DNA of 62,271 nt, filler included. It is 6 parts of 6 records of this genome, joined end to end, with 100 filler letters (N's around TTAATTAATTAA, not from the genome) between each part and the next. Parts side by side here need not be neighbours in the genome. Positions count along the whole stretch, not along the records: positions 1 to 16,406 come from SRR33789315_7; 5 more parts are not named here. One strand, given 5' to 3'. The notes below the pieces were generated by a model. The model saw nothing but the letters and a program-made list of their open reading frames with translations. It did not search any database and had not been told where the DNA came from. The position numbers were made by a program, and so were the translations under genes. Within the stretch, counting starts at the first letter, position 1, and each line of letters starts with the position of its first letter. Positions 1 to 9,321 of this stretch are shown here, in pieces.

Positions 1-6
1 ATTTAA

Positions 7-391
7 AATATCACTCCGAACTTATGGGGGGCTAAACTAGAAGACCCTTTACAACCTATTAAAATTAAAAATCTCATTATAGCTTTTAATCTCTTTCCCA
101 ATAGCGGAAGTTGGTATGTCAATAAAGCGAGTTATGAATTTGAGTTTATGAAAAATGATTTTTACTTAATCAAAGCAAAGACCAATTCGTTTAACCGAAG
201 CACGCATGATTTTGAAGAATACAATTATGATTTTTTGAATAAGACCTGGACATTCACAAAAGAAAAATGATAACTCAGAAAAAACAACAAATAAAACCGA
301 AAATCATCGCTTCTCTGAAATTAAATTAAAAACTTTTAAGACCCTTAAATCCCCCTATTCTTGGGAAGTAACGCAAGATAACTATTTGTGA
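7..391 (+). pseudogene. 3' part of a hypothetical Bacteroidota protein, apparently frameshifted
   Basis: Frame 1 reads ...SGSWYVNKASYEFEF...TNSFNRSTHDFEEYNYDF... to TGA 268-270. A second frame continues protein-like (..KTFKTLKSPYSWEVTQDNYL*) to TGA 389-391. There is an in-frame TAA at 4-6. Could be sequencing error. Confidence 0.35.
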
Positions 392-428
392 TTTAAGACT
401 AAAAAAGGCCTCCTAATAGGAAATATTA

Positions 429-496
429 TTTACATATAATAACATTTTAGTAACCTTCTCGACACACACGCTAATGATTAGCACAATACCTTAATA
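429..496 (+). promoter_or_regulatory. Candidate Pho-box-like direct repeat array upstream of pstS
   Basis: TTTACA (429), TAACA (440), TAACC (451), TAATG (472), TAATA (492) recur at roughly 10-11 bp multiples, similar to PhoP/PhoB-type TT(A/T)ACA tandem sites, directly before the pst operon. Confidence 0.4.
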
Positions 497-514
497 CTGG
501 TAAAATGCATATAG

Positions 515-1396
515 ATGAAAGGATGGGTGATTGTCTGTTTCTTTCTTATTTCCTGTAGCAATCGCAAGATTGAATCAGTCGTGGTAAGGGGTTCAGATAC
601 CGAGGTGAATTTAGTGCTGCAATTGGCAGAGACGTATATGAATGCCCACGATAACGTATCTGTCGCTGTCACGGGCGGTGGTTCGGGTACAGGAATTGCT
701 TCCTTACTCAACAAAAAAACGAATATTGCCAATTCTTCCCGCGCTTTTAATGATTACGAACTGGATCTTGCCAAGGAACGCGATGTAGATGTGCGACCCT
801 TTATTTTTGCCGTTGATGCCCTAACCTTTATCGCCAACAAAAACCTGAATGTTGATGCGCTTTCTCTGGATCAAATAAAAGATATCTATACGGGAAAATT
901 TACCAACTGGTCTGCCGTGGGCGGTCCTGATATGCCTATTTCCTTATACGGTCGTCAGGGCAATTCGGGCACATTTGTTTTTATTCAGGAAAATATTCTT
1001 AAAGGCGATTATTCCCAAAACATGAAACAGATGAACGGCACTTCACAAATAGTTGAAGGCATAAAAAACGATCCGGCAGGCATCGGGTATGTGGGTGTAG
1101 GATATCTTATAAATTCAGAAGGCAACTTGATTGACGGTATAAAGGTTATCAATCTCATCACCAAGGCGGGCAATCCGGCCGTTTCACCTTTGGTAAAAAC
1201 AAATATTCTCGATGGCACCTATCCAGTTGTGAGGCCGCTATATCAATATTTAGACGGAAAGCCTACCGGTAGTTTAAGGGACTTTTTACTTTTTGAAACC
1301 AGTCCTGAAGGACAAAAAATCATATCCGATTTTGGGTATTTCCAGATTACCGATGCACATTCAAAAATAAATATAACGACTCTAAGCAATGAATAG
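515..1396 (+). CDS. pstS: Phosphate ABC transporter substrate-binding lipoprotein
   Basis: Lipobox LISC; GSDT, GGGSGTGI, SSR, GRQGNSGT and YPVVRPLY motifs; first gene of the pst operon. Confidence 0.95.
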   Translation: MKGWVIVCFFLISCSNRKIESVVVRGSDTEVNLVLQLAETYMNAHDNVSVAVTGGGSGTGIASLLNKKTNIANSSRAFNDYELDLAKERDVDVRPFIFAVDALTFIANKNLNVDALSLDQIKDIYTGKFTNWSAVGGPDMPISLYGRQGNSGTFVFIQENILKGDYSQNMKQMNGTSQIVEGIKNDPAGIGYVGVGYLINSEGNLIDGIKVINLITKAGNPAVSPLVKTNILDGTYPVVRPLYQYLDGKPTGSLRDFLLFETSPEGQKIISDFGYFQITDAHSKINITTLSNE

Positions 1397-2264
1397 AATT
1401 CAGGTTAACAGCACCTTTAAAGTTATTTTTCGCCTAGCTGGATTTACTACAGTGCTGTTTTTATTCGGAATATTCTTGATGCTTTTCATCAATGCAGCCT
1501 TGGCATTTAAAGATATTAGTATTATCGAATTTTTCACCTCTTCGACTTGGATGCCCAGTGCCTATGAAAATCCACATTATGGCATTCTATCGCTGGTGGT
1601 AAGTTCGATACTCATTACCGCTCTCGCCATGCTCATCGCCATACCTATTGGTGTAGGTGCTGCCGCTTATCTGGCAGAATTTGCTCCCAAGCGCGTTGCT
1701 AATTTTGTAAAACCTGCGATTGAGATGCTTGCTGCCATACCTTCGGTAACGATCGGGTTTTTGGGAATTGTACTCGTAGGGCCGGCATTGTCACACCTAT
1801 TTGGAATCACCAACGGACTCAATGCCTTAAATGGAGCCATATTGCTGGGCGTAATGGCACTTCCTACCATTATTTCTATTTCTGAAGATGCCATGTATGC
1901 CGTTCCGCAAGCTTATAAAGAGGCTTCAACTGCTTTGGGATCTAACAAATGGGAAACCTTAATACATGTGGTTATTCCTGCTTCCTCTTCGGGAATTATC
2001 GCGGCCATCATGCTGGGTATGGGCAGGGTTATTGGTGAAACGATGGCGGTATTGATGGCTACCGGAAACGCTGCTGCTATGCCCAATAGTATTTTTAGTT
2101 CTGTACAGCCTTTAACGGCTACCATTGCCATAGAAATGGGTGAAGTACCTTATAATACACCTCATTATTATGCTTTGTATGCTCTTGGTCTTATCCTTTT
2201 TCTCATCACCTTGATTATTAATTTACTTACAGATAAACTGAGTGCTAAATTTCAAAGAAGATGA
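1389..2264 (+). CDS. pstC: Phosphate ABC transporter permease PstC
   Basis: ELLAAIPSV-like segment (EMLAAIPSV), EAS-ALG EAA loop, GRVIGETMAV; overlaps the pstS stop. Confidence 0.95.
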   Translation: MNRIQVNSTFKVIFRLAGFTTVLFLFGIFLMLFINAALAFKDISIIEFFTSSTWMPSAYENPHYGILSLVVSSILITALAMLIAIPIGVGAAAYLAEFAPKRVANFVKPAIEMLAAIPSVTIGFLGIVLVGPALSHLFGITNGLNALNGAILLGVMALPTIISISEDAMYAVPQAYKEASTALGSNKWETLIHVVIPASSSGIIAAIMLGMGRVIGETMAVLMATGNAAAMPNSIFSSVQPLTATIAIEMGEVPYNTPHYYALYALGLILFLITLIINLLTDKLSAKFQRR

Positions 2265-3112
2265 AAACAGCGAAGCGCATTACCTACAATCTGGGACTGG
2301 GATTCATCATCTTATGTACGTTGATTAGCCTTGCGGCGCTATTTATCGTCTTGTATGATATATTTGAAAAAGGACTGCCTAACCTCTCTTGGGATTTCAT
2401 TTTTCAAAATCCCAAGAACGGAATGACCGAAGGCGGTATCTGGCCGGCCGTTATGGGTACTATCCTCGTTACGCTCATTACCGCTATTTTTTCAATTCCG
2501 TTAGGTATTGCAGCTGCGATATATTTAAATGAATATGCCAGAAATAATTGGAGTACCCGCCTGATCAAAGCCTCGATACGCAATTTGGCCGGTGTTCCTT
2601 CCATCGTATTTGGATTATTTGGGGTTGCTCTTTTTGTGCAGGCTTTACATATGGGCACTTCCCTATTGGCTTCTGGATTTACGTTGGGCATTATGTCGCT
2701 ACCGTATATCATTACCGCAACCGAAGAAGCGCTTAAAACGGTTCCTGAGAGCATGAAAGAAGGTTCTATGGCATTGGGAGCAACCAAATGGGAAACCATT
2801 TATAAAGTCATTCTGCCTATGGCCGTTCCCGGAACGGTCACGGGTATCATTCTTGCCTTATCCCGAGCGGCTGGTGAGACGGCTCCCATCTTATTTACCG
2901 GCGTATTTTTTTACCAACGCTATTTACCTACTTCGGTATTAGATGAATTTATGGCACTGCCCTACCATCTGTTTATTCTCTCAACCCAACATCACGATAT
3001 AGAAGGCGTAAGGCCGCTTGCTTATAGTACGGCGTTAGTCTTGCTGTTGTTGGTATTTTCGATGAATCTGGTGGCTTTTTTTATTAGAGCCAAATACAGA
3101 AAACGCTTTTAG
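2261..3112 (+). CDS. pstA: Phosphate ABC transporter permease PstA
   Basis: NLAGVPSIVFGLFG, EGSMALGATKW, SRAAGETAP; ATGA overlap with pstC. Confidence 0.95.
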   Translation: MKTAKRITYNLGLGFIILCTLISLAALFIVLYDIFEKGLPNLSWDFIFQNPKNGMTEGGIWPAVMGTILVTLITAIFSIPLGIAAAIYLNEYARNNWSTRLIKASIRNLAGVPSIVFGLFGVALFVQALHMGTSLLASGFTLGIMSLPYIITATEEALKTVPESMKEGSMALGATKWETIYKVILPMAVPGTVTGIILALSRAAGETAPILFTGVFFYQRYLPTSVLDEFMALPYHLFILSTQHHDIEGVRPLAYSTALVLLLLVFSMNLVAFFIRAKYRKRF

Positions 3113-3131
3113 TTGTTTAAACGATATCCCT

Positions 3132-3884
3132 ATGTCTAAAATAAAGATTGAAAATATTTCGTTGTGGTTTGGTAAAAAGGAAGTGCTTAAAGACATCAGC
3201 CTTCATATACAACCCAACTCAATTACGGCCTTAATTGGGCCATCGGGGAGCGGAAAATCTACCTTATTGCGCTGCATCAACCGCATGCATGATCAGAATG
3301 ATGAAGTAAAGATTTCTGGTCATATTTTTAAGGATGAAAAGGATATATATGCGCCCGAGATAAATGTCAACGAAATACGTAGAGAGATCGGGATGGTGTT
3401 TCAGAAACCCAATCCCTTTCCTAAAACTATTTACAACAACATTGCCTACGGACTGAAAATAAACGGCATCAAAGACAAGAAAAACATTCAACAGAAGGTG
3501 GAAGAAAGTCTAAAAGACAGCTACCTCTGGGACGAAGTGAACGATTCGTTGAACAAATCGGCACTTTCCCTTTCTGGCGGACAACAACAGCGGCTTTGCA
3601 TCGCACGCTGCCTAGCTATCGAACCCGAGGTGATCCTGATGGACGAACCTACTTCGGCACTGGACCCTTTAGCCACTAAAGAAATTGAAAAGCTCATTCT
3701 TAAGCTAAAAAAAAAGTATACCATCATCATCGTTACTCATAATATGCAACAAGCACAACGCATTGCCGATAAAATCGCTATGCTTTATATGGGCAGCCTG
3801 ATTGAATATAGTGATACCAAAGAGTTCTTTGATAATCCGCAACATAAGCTCGCTAAGCAGTATGTAAAAGGAAAATTTGGATAA
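3132..3884 (+). CDS. pstB: Phosphate ABC transporter ATPase
   Basis: Walker A GPSGSGKS, GMVFQKPNPFPK, LSGGQQQRLCIAR, DEPTSALDP, YVKGKFG end. Confidence 0.97.
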   Translation: MSKIKIENISLWFGKKEVLKDISLHIQPNSITALIGPSGSGKSTLLRCINRMHDQNDEVKISGHIFKDEKDIYAPEINVNEIRREIGMVFQKPNPFPKTIYNNIAYGLKINGIKDKKNIQQKVEESLKDSYLWDEVNDSLNKSALSLSGGQQQRLCIARCLAIEPEVILMDEPTSALDPLATKEIEKLILKLKKKYTIIIVTHNMQQAQRIADKIAMLYMGSLIEYSDTKEFFDNPQHKLAKQYVKGKFG

Positions 3885-4016
3885 TCGCTTATCACGCTGA
3901 AATCCCAATTGCTTTCCAAAAAAAACCTAGCTGTTTAAAAAATATACTATCACGGCGTTTTCGATTAATTTAGTGTCTTATAACTGCAAGTAACGTCTTC
4001 GCAGAAAAGTCATTTT

Positions 4017-4526
4017 ATGAATGAACGCTTAAAAAGCCTTTTAATCTATGCAGCCAAATGCGTTGTAGGTACGATAATCATTTTATCTATTTCCCATCTA
4101 TCTACTAAGCTGACCTATTCTGACACGATCTGGAGTTTATTCTCTGTGTTGTTAATCCTTTCTCCAGACGGAAAGGATTCTTTCTCGCTGGCGGTTAATC
4201 GAATCAAAGCCAATTTATTAGGAGCAGGAATTGGTCTTGCGTTTATCACTCTTTTTCCGAATAACCTGAGTATCTTTATTATCTGTTTTGCGCTTGTTTG
4301 TACATTAGCATTGGGATATTATTTTAAACTCGATAGCGGTATTCGTTCGGCATTAGTCGCCACGATTATTGTAATTATGCCGCAAAGTGCCATCCAGACG
4401 TGGAGTACTCCTATCGCCAGGGTAATTTCGGTAATTGCAGGTTGCGTATTGGGCATCCTTATTACTTATATATTTCATTTTAAGGAAAAAAATATTTTGG
4501 GAAAGAATAAAAGTGAAGAAGCATAA
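4017..4526 (+). CDS. FUSC/aromatic acid exporter-like small membrane protein
   Basis: Hydrophobic 169 aa; RIKANLLGAGIG and R..SV..GCVLG patterns typical of FUSC-family membrane domains. Confidence 0.65.
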   Translation: MNERLKSLLIYAAKCVVGTIIILSISHLSTKLTYSDTIWSLFSVLLILSPDGKDSFSLAVNRIKANLLGAGIGLAFITLFPNNLSIFIICFALVCTLALGYYFKLDSGIRSALVATIIVIMPQSAIQTWSTPIARVISVIAGCVLGILITYIFHFKEKNILGKNKSEEA

Positions 4527-4547
4527 GATAAGTTATCGTGTTCCTGT

Positions 4548-5546
4548 TTAGTGTGTAATTTCATTTTCACAACGCTCTCCTTTTGTAAAAAGAATTAAAT
4601 CGTTAATACTTCTTGCTACCATACTATACACGGCTTCTTCAGTATAAAAGGCCAAATGCTGTGTCATAATTACATTAGGAAATTGCCTCAAATAAGCCAT
4701 ATGTCTGTTGCTTATAATATCAGTTCTTCTGTCTTTATGATAAATACCATTTTCATTCTCAAACACATCTAGCGCCAGGGCTCCAATTTTTTCGTTTTCA
4801 ACCGCTTCAATCACATCTACAACGTTCATCAATTCGCCACGGGAACAATTTACCAATACTACACCTTTTTTCATTATGCTTAAACTCTCTTTATTCACCA
4901 TATAATGCGTCTCTGCCGTAATGGGAATATGAAAAGTAATAATATCTGCTTCCTTGTATAAATCTGCTAAACTAACATAGGTTACTTTTCCTTTTAGCGC
5001 TCTATTTTCAGAATAACTGGTTGCGATAATTTTACACCCAAACCCCGATAAATCTTCTGCAACACGAGTACCAATATGACCGGTTCCTACAATCCCTACA
5101 GTTAAATTCTTCAGTTCTTTTCCCTGAAGTCCATTTAAAGTATAATCATTCACATTTGCCCGAAAATAGGCTTGCTTAAATTTTCTTAGTGCCATAAGCA
5201 TAAGCATTACCGTATAGTCTGCAACACCATCAGGGCCATAATTAGAATTGGCTACCTGAATCCCCAAACTTTTAGCCGACTTGAGATCAATATGTTCATA
5301 ACCTATAGTACGTGTCGCAATACAATGTATTCCTAATTCTTTTATCTGAAGTAAGAGTTTCTTATCAATTGTACTTCTTCCTGAAATAGTTATGGCTTGA
5401 CTTTTTTTACTAAGACGAAGCGTTTTTTTACATAACATTTCAGGTGAATACACTATTTTAATTTTCTGCGCTCTAGCTATTTTTTTAAATACTTCTTTTT
5501 CGTCCTCTCGCACTTCGTAAGCTGTAAGCTGCATGATTTTTTTCAT
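4548..5546 (-). CDS. D-isomer-specific 2-hydroxyacid dehydrogenase (D-lactate dehydrogenase/VanH-like)
   Basis: TRTIGYEHID, Rossmann GIVGTGHIG, VNCSRG, ALDVFENE, TQHLAFYT. Confidence 0.9.
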   Translation of the reverse strand: MKKIMQLTAYEVREDEKEVFKKIARAQKIKIVYSPEMLCKKTLRLSKKSQAITISGRSTIDKKLLLQIKELGIHCIATRTIGYEHIDLKSAKSLGIQVANSNYGPDGVADYTVMLMLMALRKFKQAYFRANVNDYTLNGLQGKELKNLTVGIVGTGHIGTRVAEDLSGFGCKIIATSYSENRALKGKVTYVSLADLYKEADIITFHIPITAETHYMVNKESLSIMKKGVVLVNCSRGELMNVVDVIEAVENEKIGALALDVFENENGIYHKDRRTDIISNRHMAYLRQFPNVIMTQHLAFYTEEAVYSMVARSINDLILFTKGERCENEITH

Positions 5547-5831
5547 AGTTTTAAAGTATTTGACACAAAGTTAAGATGAATTAGCTGGTATGGGCCTTTG
5601 TAGGCAATCTCAATTGTTTTCAATTGAAGAAGATACATCATGCTGTATTATAAGGTGGCATTTTCCAACTGCTATAGTGGTTATAAACTATATTTTTTTC
5701 CGTGGGCATCATAAAATTATTGTATCCCACATTTGAGATTCTTTTTGTTAGTGCTTTTTTACTAAATTAGAAGAAAAATATGCAAGTCACCTAACCAGAG
5801 CAATTTACATTAATTTATAATCCTCGATAAA

Positions 5832-6767
5832 ATGAAAAAGCTATATTTAATTTCAATAATTATGATTTTTTTATTTACATCTTGTAGGTATGATATGGAT
5901 GATAGGGGTGATAGATTAGATACCAATAATCCAAATCAAGATACCATTAACAATCAATTTGTAACACAAGATGGGATAGTTTATTTCACGGGTTTGATTG
6001 AATGTTCAGGCACAGGGGAATATGGTTTTGACGAAAATAAGGTCCTAGATAGTCTAACTATTCCAGTTGATTTACCTGAAAATTTTGATTTGTCAGTCTT
6101 TTTACCACCTATTGGCAACCAAGGCAAACAAGGTTCTTGTACCTCATGGGCTACAACGTATTATCTAAAATCCTTACAGGAAAGAATAGAGTCTGGCGTG
6201 CCTTATGATTCTTCTAAGATTATGAGTCCTGCTTATACTTATAATCAAATAACCCAAGGGATTTGTGAAGGCACAACTTTTGAGAGTACAATAAATATTT
6301 TGAAAGAAAAAGGAACTACTTCAATTGAATCTTTTCCCTATTTTGATCATACCTGCACTATTCAACCTAGTCAAGCTCAGGATATAGAGGCTGAAACAAA
6401 TAGAGTAAGCGATTACAAGTACCTAAGCGGTGAAAATATGGTTCTAGAAATGAAAACTTTAATTAATGACCAGATGCCTATTTTAATCGCTACACTCTTA
6501 ACTTCTGAATTTGGCAAAAAGGATAATTTAGGCTTAACTTCATATAGAGAACATTTTATAGATTATAGCTTGCCTAGTGGTTGTCATGCCATGTTAGTTG
6601 TAGGTTATTCAGACCCGTATAATGCTTTTAAAGTTGTTAACTCCTGGGGAGAAGATTGGGGCGATGTGGGTTATGTGTGGATTGATTATGCTGCATTCAA
6701 CAATGTGTTAGACGAAACGGCTGAATTTAGAGTAATAAATAGTGCTATTATTGTATATGATTTATAG
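5832..6767 (+). CDS. Papain-like (C1) cysteine peptidase lipoprotein
   Basis: Lipobox FTSC; QGKQGSCTSW (catalytic Cys), GCHAMLVVGY (His), VNSWGEDWG (Asn). Confidence 0.9.
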   Translation: MKKLYLISIIMIFLFTSCRYDMDDRGDRLDTNNPNQDTINNQFVTQDGIVYFTGLIECSGTGEYGFDENKVLDSLTIPVDLPENFDLSVFLPPIGNQGKQGSCTSWATTYYLKSLQERIESGVPYDSSKIMSPAYTYNQITQGICEGTTFESTINILKEKGTTSIESFPYFDHTCTIQPSQAQDIEAETNRVSDYKYLSGENMVLEMKTLINDQMPILIATLLTSEFGKKDNLGLTSYREHFIDYSLPSGCHAMLVVGYSDPYNAFKVVNSWGEDWGDVGYVWIDYAAFNNVLDETAEFRVINSAIIVYDL

Positions 6768-7469
6768 TTATTACCCACTTAAAGCAAATTCTGCGGCGGC
6801 TCCCGTAAAATCAAAAATTAGGGTATAACTCTATTTCCTTTATAGCTTTTTCCTAAAATATTTTCCTTCATCGCCCTGATCTTGTCCAGTCCCAAATATT
6901 ATATATCCTACTGGTTCTATAGAGAAACTCATCTTTAAACCTTAACCTTAATAGAAATATATCTTTCCATAAAATACTCTGTACTAAATTATGAAGTATC
7001 CTACCCTTAATCTGTTCTTTGTTCTTTCTGATTTTTACTTACTATCCATTTAAAGAGAATCAACCTTGAGACGTGTAATTAAATGCTTTAGTATAGCTAT
7101 TCACTAAAGTATTTTAAACCGCTCTAAAATGTCATATGTAGAGCAGTCAAATCAAACATGACTTGCAGTATTAAACAAGTATTTAAGATTTTCTCTCCCC
7201 CTTAAAAATTAACTTCTTTAAAAACAAAAATTATAAGTTTTTAGTTAATAGTATATTAACTAAAAATACCCATTAATGGGTATTGCATCGCTGGTTTTTT
7301 ACTTTTACTTTTAAACAGCTAAAATTCAACAAGTTAATAAAATTGAATATGATGCAATTAAAAGTACAATTAAGAACAGCCTTAAAATACGTAGTACTTA
7401 ACATGCCATTTTGGGCATAAATGTGTGTATTGATTGCGCATATAAACAAGTTAGCAAACATTAAAATAA

Positions 7470-7901
7470 ATGTCGAAAAAAAATTCTATTTTAAATTGTC
7501 CAAGATGCTTAGGTAAAGGTTTTGTTAACGAGTCAGATATTCTTAGACTAGACAGGTATGTTGAATGGGTTGCAGGCCTTTGTGGTTATTGTGAAGGTTT
7601 AGGAAAGATAAACCCTGAGGAATTTAAAACCACAGAAGTTAACGATATTTATCTATCTTCTGATTTAACAAGAGAGGAAAGAAAGCAATATTTAAATAAA
7701 AACAAAAATGCACTTGAAAGAGCTGCCCAATATCAAATTGATCTAGATATAACTAAAAGTTTAGTGATAAAGTTCCATTTCAAAGAGAAAAAAACTATTG
7801 AAGAAATTCTTGAAATATTTCAATTACCAAAAGAAATTGGTGATTCAAGTAGAGAAAATTTTAAGGCTTTCATATCTAGAGTGATAAGTAAAAGCACATA
7901 A
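7470..7901 (+). CDS. Hypothetical protein with DnaJ-type zinc-finger motifs (cassette 1)
   Basis: CPRCLGKG and CGYCEGLG (CxxCxGxG x2); starts 20 nt after the GTT crossover site. Confidence 0.7.
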   Translation: MSKKNSILNCPRCLGKGFVNESDILRLDRYVEWVAGLCGYCEGLGKINPEEFKTTEVNDIYLSSDLTREERKQYLNKNKNALERAAQYQIDLDITKSLVIKFHFKEKKTIEEILEIFQLPKEIGDSSRENFKAFISRVISKST

Positions 7902-7910
7902 AATCTGATT

Positions 7911-8915
7911 ATGCAGTATTCTAATAAAAGATATGCAATAGTAAACAAAGTAACTCCTGAAATAGCTTTATATTTTGATGGTGTTTTTTGCTTAGATGGC
8001 AGTACAAAAAGTGTTTTCCCAACAGGGAATAATTTTTATTTACCAGAAATTGGAAGAGAAGTTCCAAACTTAACATTGGATACAAATAAAACTGCAGGAA
8101 TAGATAATTGGATTTTCAAGAAAGTCATTTCCATACAGGCTGCACATCTTTTCAACATACACTTTTCTGGCAAAGCAAGAATTGATATTGATAAAGTAGC
8201 AGATTACGTTCAAATTCGAAAACTACAATATTTCAGTGACTTCAAAGAGGTTATAATTAATGAATCAATTGAATATTCAGACGATGATATAATTTTTTAT
8301 TTCAAAAATTTTCTGATAATGGCCACAACAAACATATTTAGAAAAACTGGAAGATATATTACACCAGTATTCCAAGACTTTAATAATAAAGAATGGTTTA
8401 ATTCTAGCAACTTCACTACACCAAATCTTCAAAATGGAATAGAACTGTCATTGTTGAATTTATCAATTATTGACAGCAACAAACTAGAATGGTTACACGT
8501 GAAGGAGGTCAGAGAAGATGTTGAATCGATAAAAAAGCTTAGAAATCTTCGTCTTTTCCTAGAAGATATCGATAGTTCAAAAGGGCAAGATTATGTTGAG
8601 GATATTATTCTGCAAAAAATTGAAAGCTATGAAATAGCCGCAAAAAAACACGGTTTTAACCTAAAAAAAGATATTATTAATGCTTTTTTAGACCTTGAAC
8701 ACATTCCAAATATTATAGCATTAACAGTTTTATCTATTTTTAATCAATCAATAGCTCCAGCAGCAGCCGTAATTGGGTTAACAGAAATCATTGGTGCTGC
8801 AAAAGAAATTGGGAAAACCACAGTAGAAATAAAAAATAAAAATATTTCTAAAGGACTGGATCCAAGTCATCAAGACGTAGAGTATTTAATGAGTATAAAG
8901 GAAAAATTAGAATAA
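7911..8915 (+). CDS. Hypothetical protein (cassette 1, second gene)
   Basis: 334-aa AT-rich ORF 9 nt after the previous stop; hydrophobic C-terminal segment; the stop abuts an attC-like site. Confidence 0.7.
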   Translation: MQYSNKRYAIVNKVTPEIALYFDGVFCLDGSTKSVFPTGNNFYLPEIGREVPNLTLDTNKTAGIDNWIFKKVISIQAAHLFNIHFSGKARIDIDKVADYVQIRKLQYFSDFKEVIINESIEYSDDDIIFYFKNFLIMATTNIFRKTGRYITPVFQDFNNKEWFNSSNFTTPNLQNGIELSLLNLSIIDSNKLEWLHVKEVREDVESIKKLRNLRLFLEDIDSSKGQDYVEDIILQKIESYEIAAKKHGFNLKKDIINAFLDLEHIPNIIALTVLSIFNQSIAPAAAVIGLTEIIGAAKEIGKTTVEIKNKNISKGLDPSHQDVEYLMSIKEKLE

Positions 8916-8919
8916 TAAC

Positions 8920-9054
8920 GTTTGCTAACAACGTGTATAATTAATTGCTGTAGCTGTTTAAGACGACGATCTTTGCGTACTTTAACTATATTGTTTTGCG
9001 GAATATGAATCGTGTACTTTTACGCAACTAACCATACACGAACACGTTACCTGC
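8920..9054 (+). repeat. attC-like recombination site 1
   Basis: GCTAAC...GTT boundaries; inner arms CGTGTATAATTAATTGC (from 8932) and GCAACTAACCATACACG (to 9040) form an imperfect hairpin; about 130 bp. Confidence 0.7.
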
Positions 9055-9156
9055 AAGCCTAAAATACGACACAGCAAGAATGAACGACAGATTAAAATAT
9101 AAACAAGTGACTGGACAAATGAACCATCAGACAGCCGACCCGAAAGCCAACGCTTC

Positions 9157-9276
9157 TGTATTTTTATTTTTCCCCACCGCACGTTTTTTAAAAACAATTT
9201 TAGCCAGCCGCACAAATGGCACATGTGCTTTTGCCCTGACACACAAAACCGCTCCTTTGGTAAAAGCAAAAGAGCC
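9157..9276 (+). repeat. Left structured leader of cassette 2 (IR arms A and B plus hairpin)
   Basis: TGTATTTTTATTTTT 9157-9171 and TAAAAACAATTTT 9189-9201 are perfect reverse complements of 15996-16010 and 15961-15973. Hairpin GGC-ACATG-TGCTTTTGCC..GGTAAAAGCA-AAAGA-GCC at 9218-9276. Confidence 0.7.
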
Positions 9277-9321
9277 TTTTTTGGCAACCTCCTCTATTTC
9301 AAAACATAATAACTTTACATC

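Noticed and set aside
4548-5546. VanH-like dehydrogenase as a vancomycin resistance gene
   Set aside because: No vanA/vanX neighbours; the Ddl-like gene is on a different contig.
6770-7000. Possible decayed gene fragment on the minus strand (..LGLDKIRAMKENILGK..)
   Set aside because: Multiple stops and no family I can recognise; cannot be supported.
7273-7461. 62-aa minus-strand ORF as a possible integrase remnant
   Set aside because: No tyrosine-recombinase motifs (R, HxxR, Y); AT-rich intergenic sequence.
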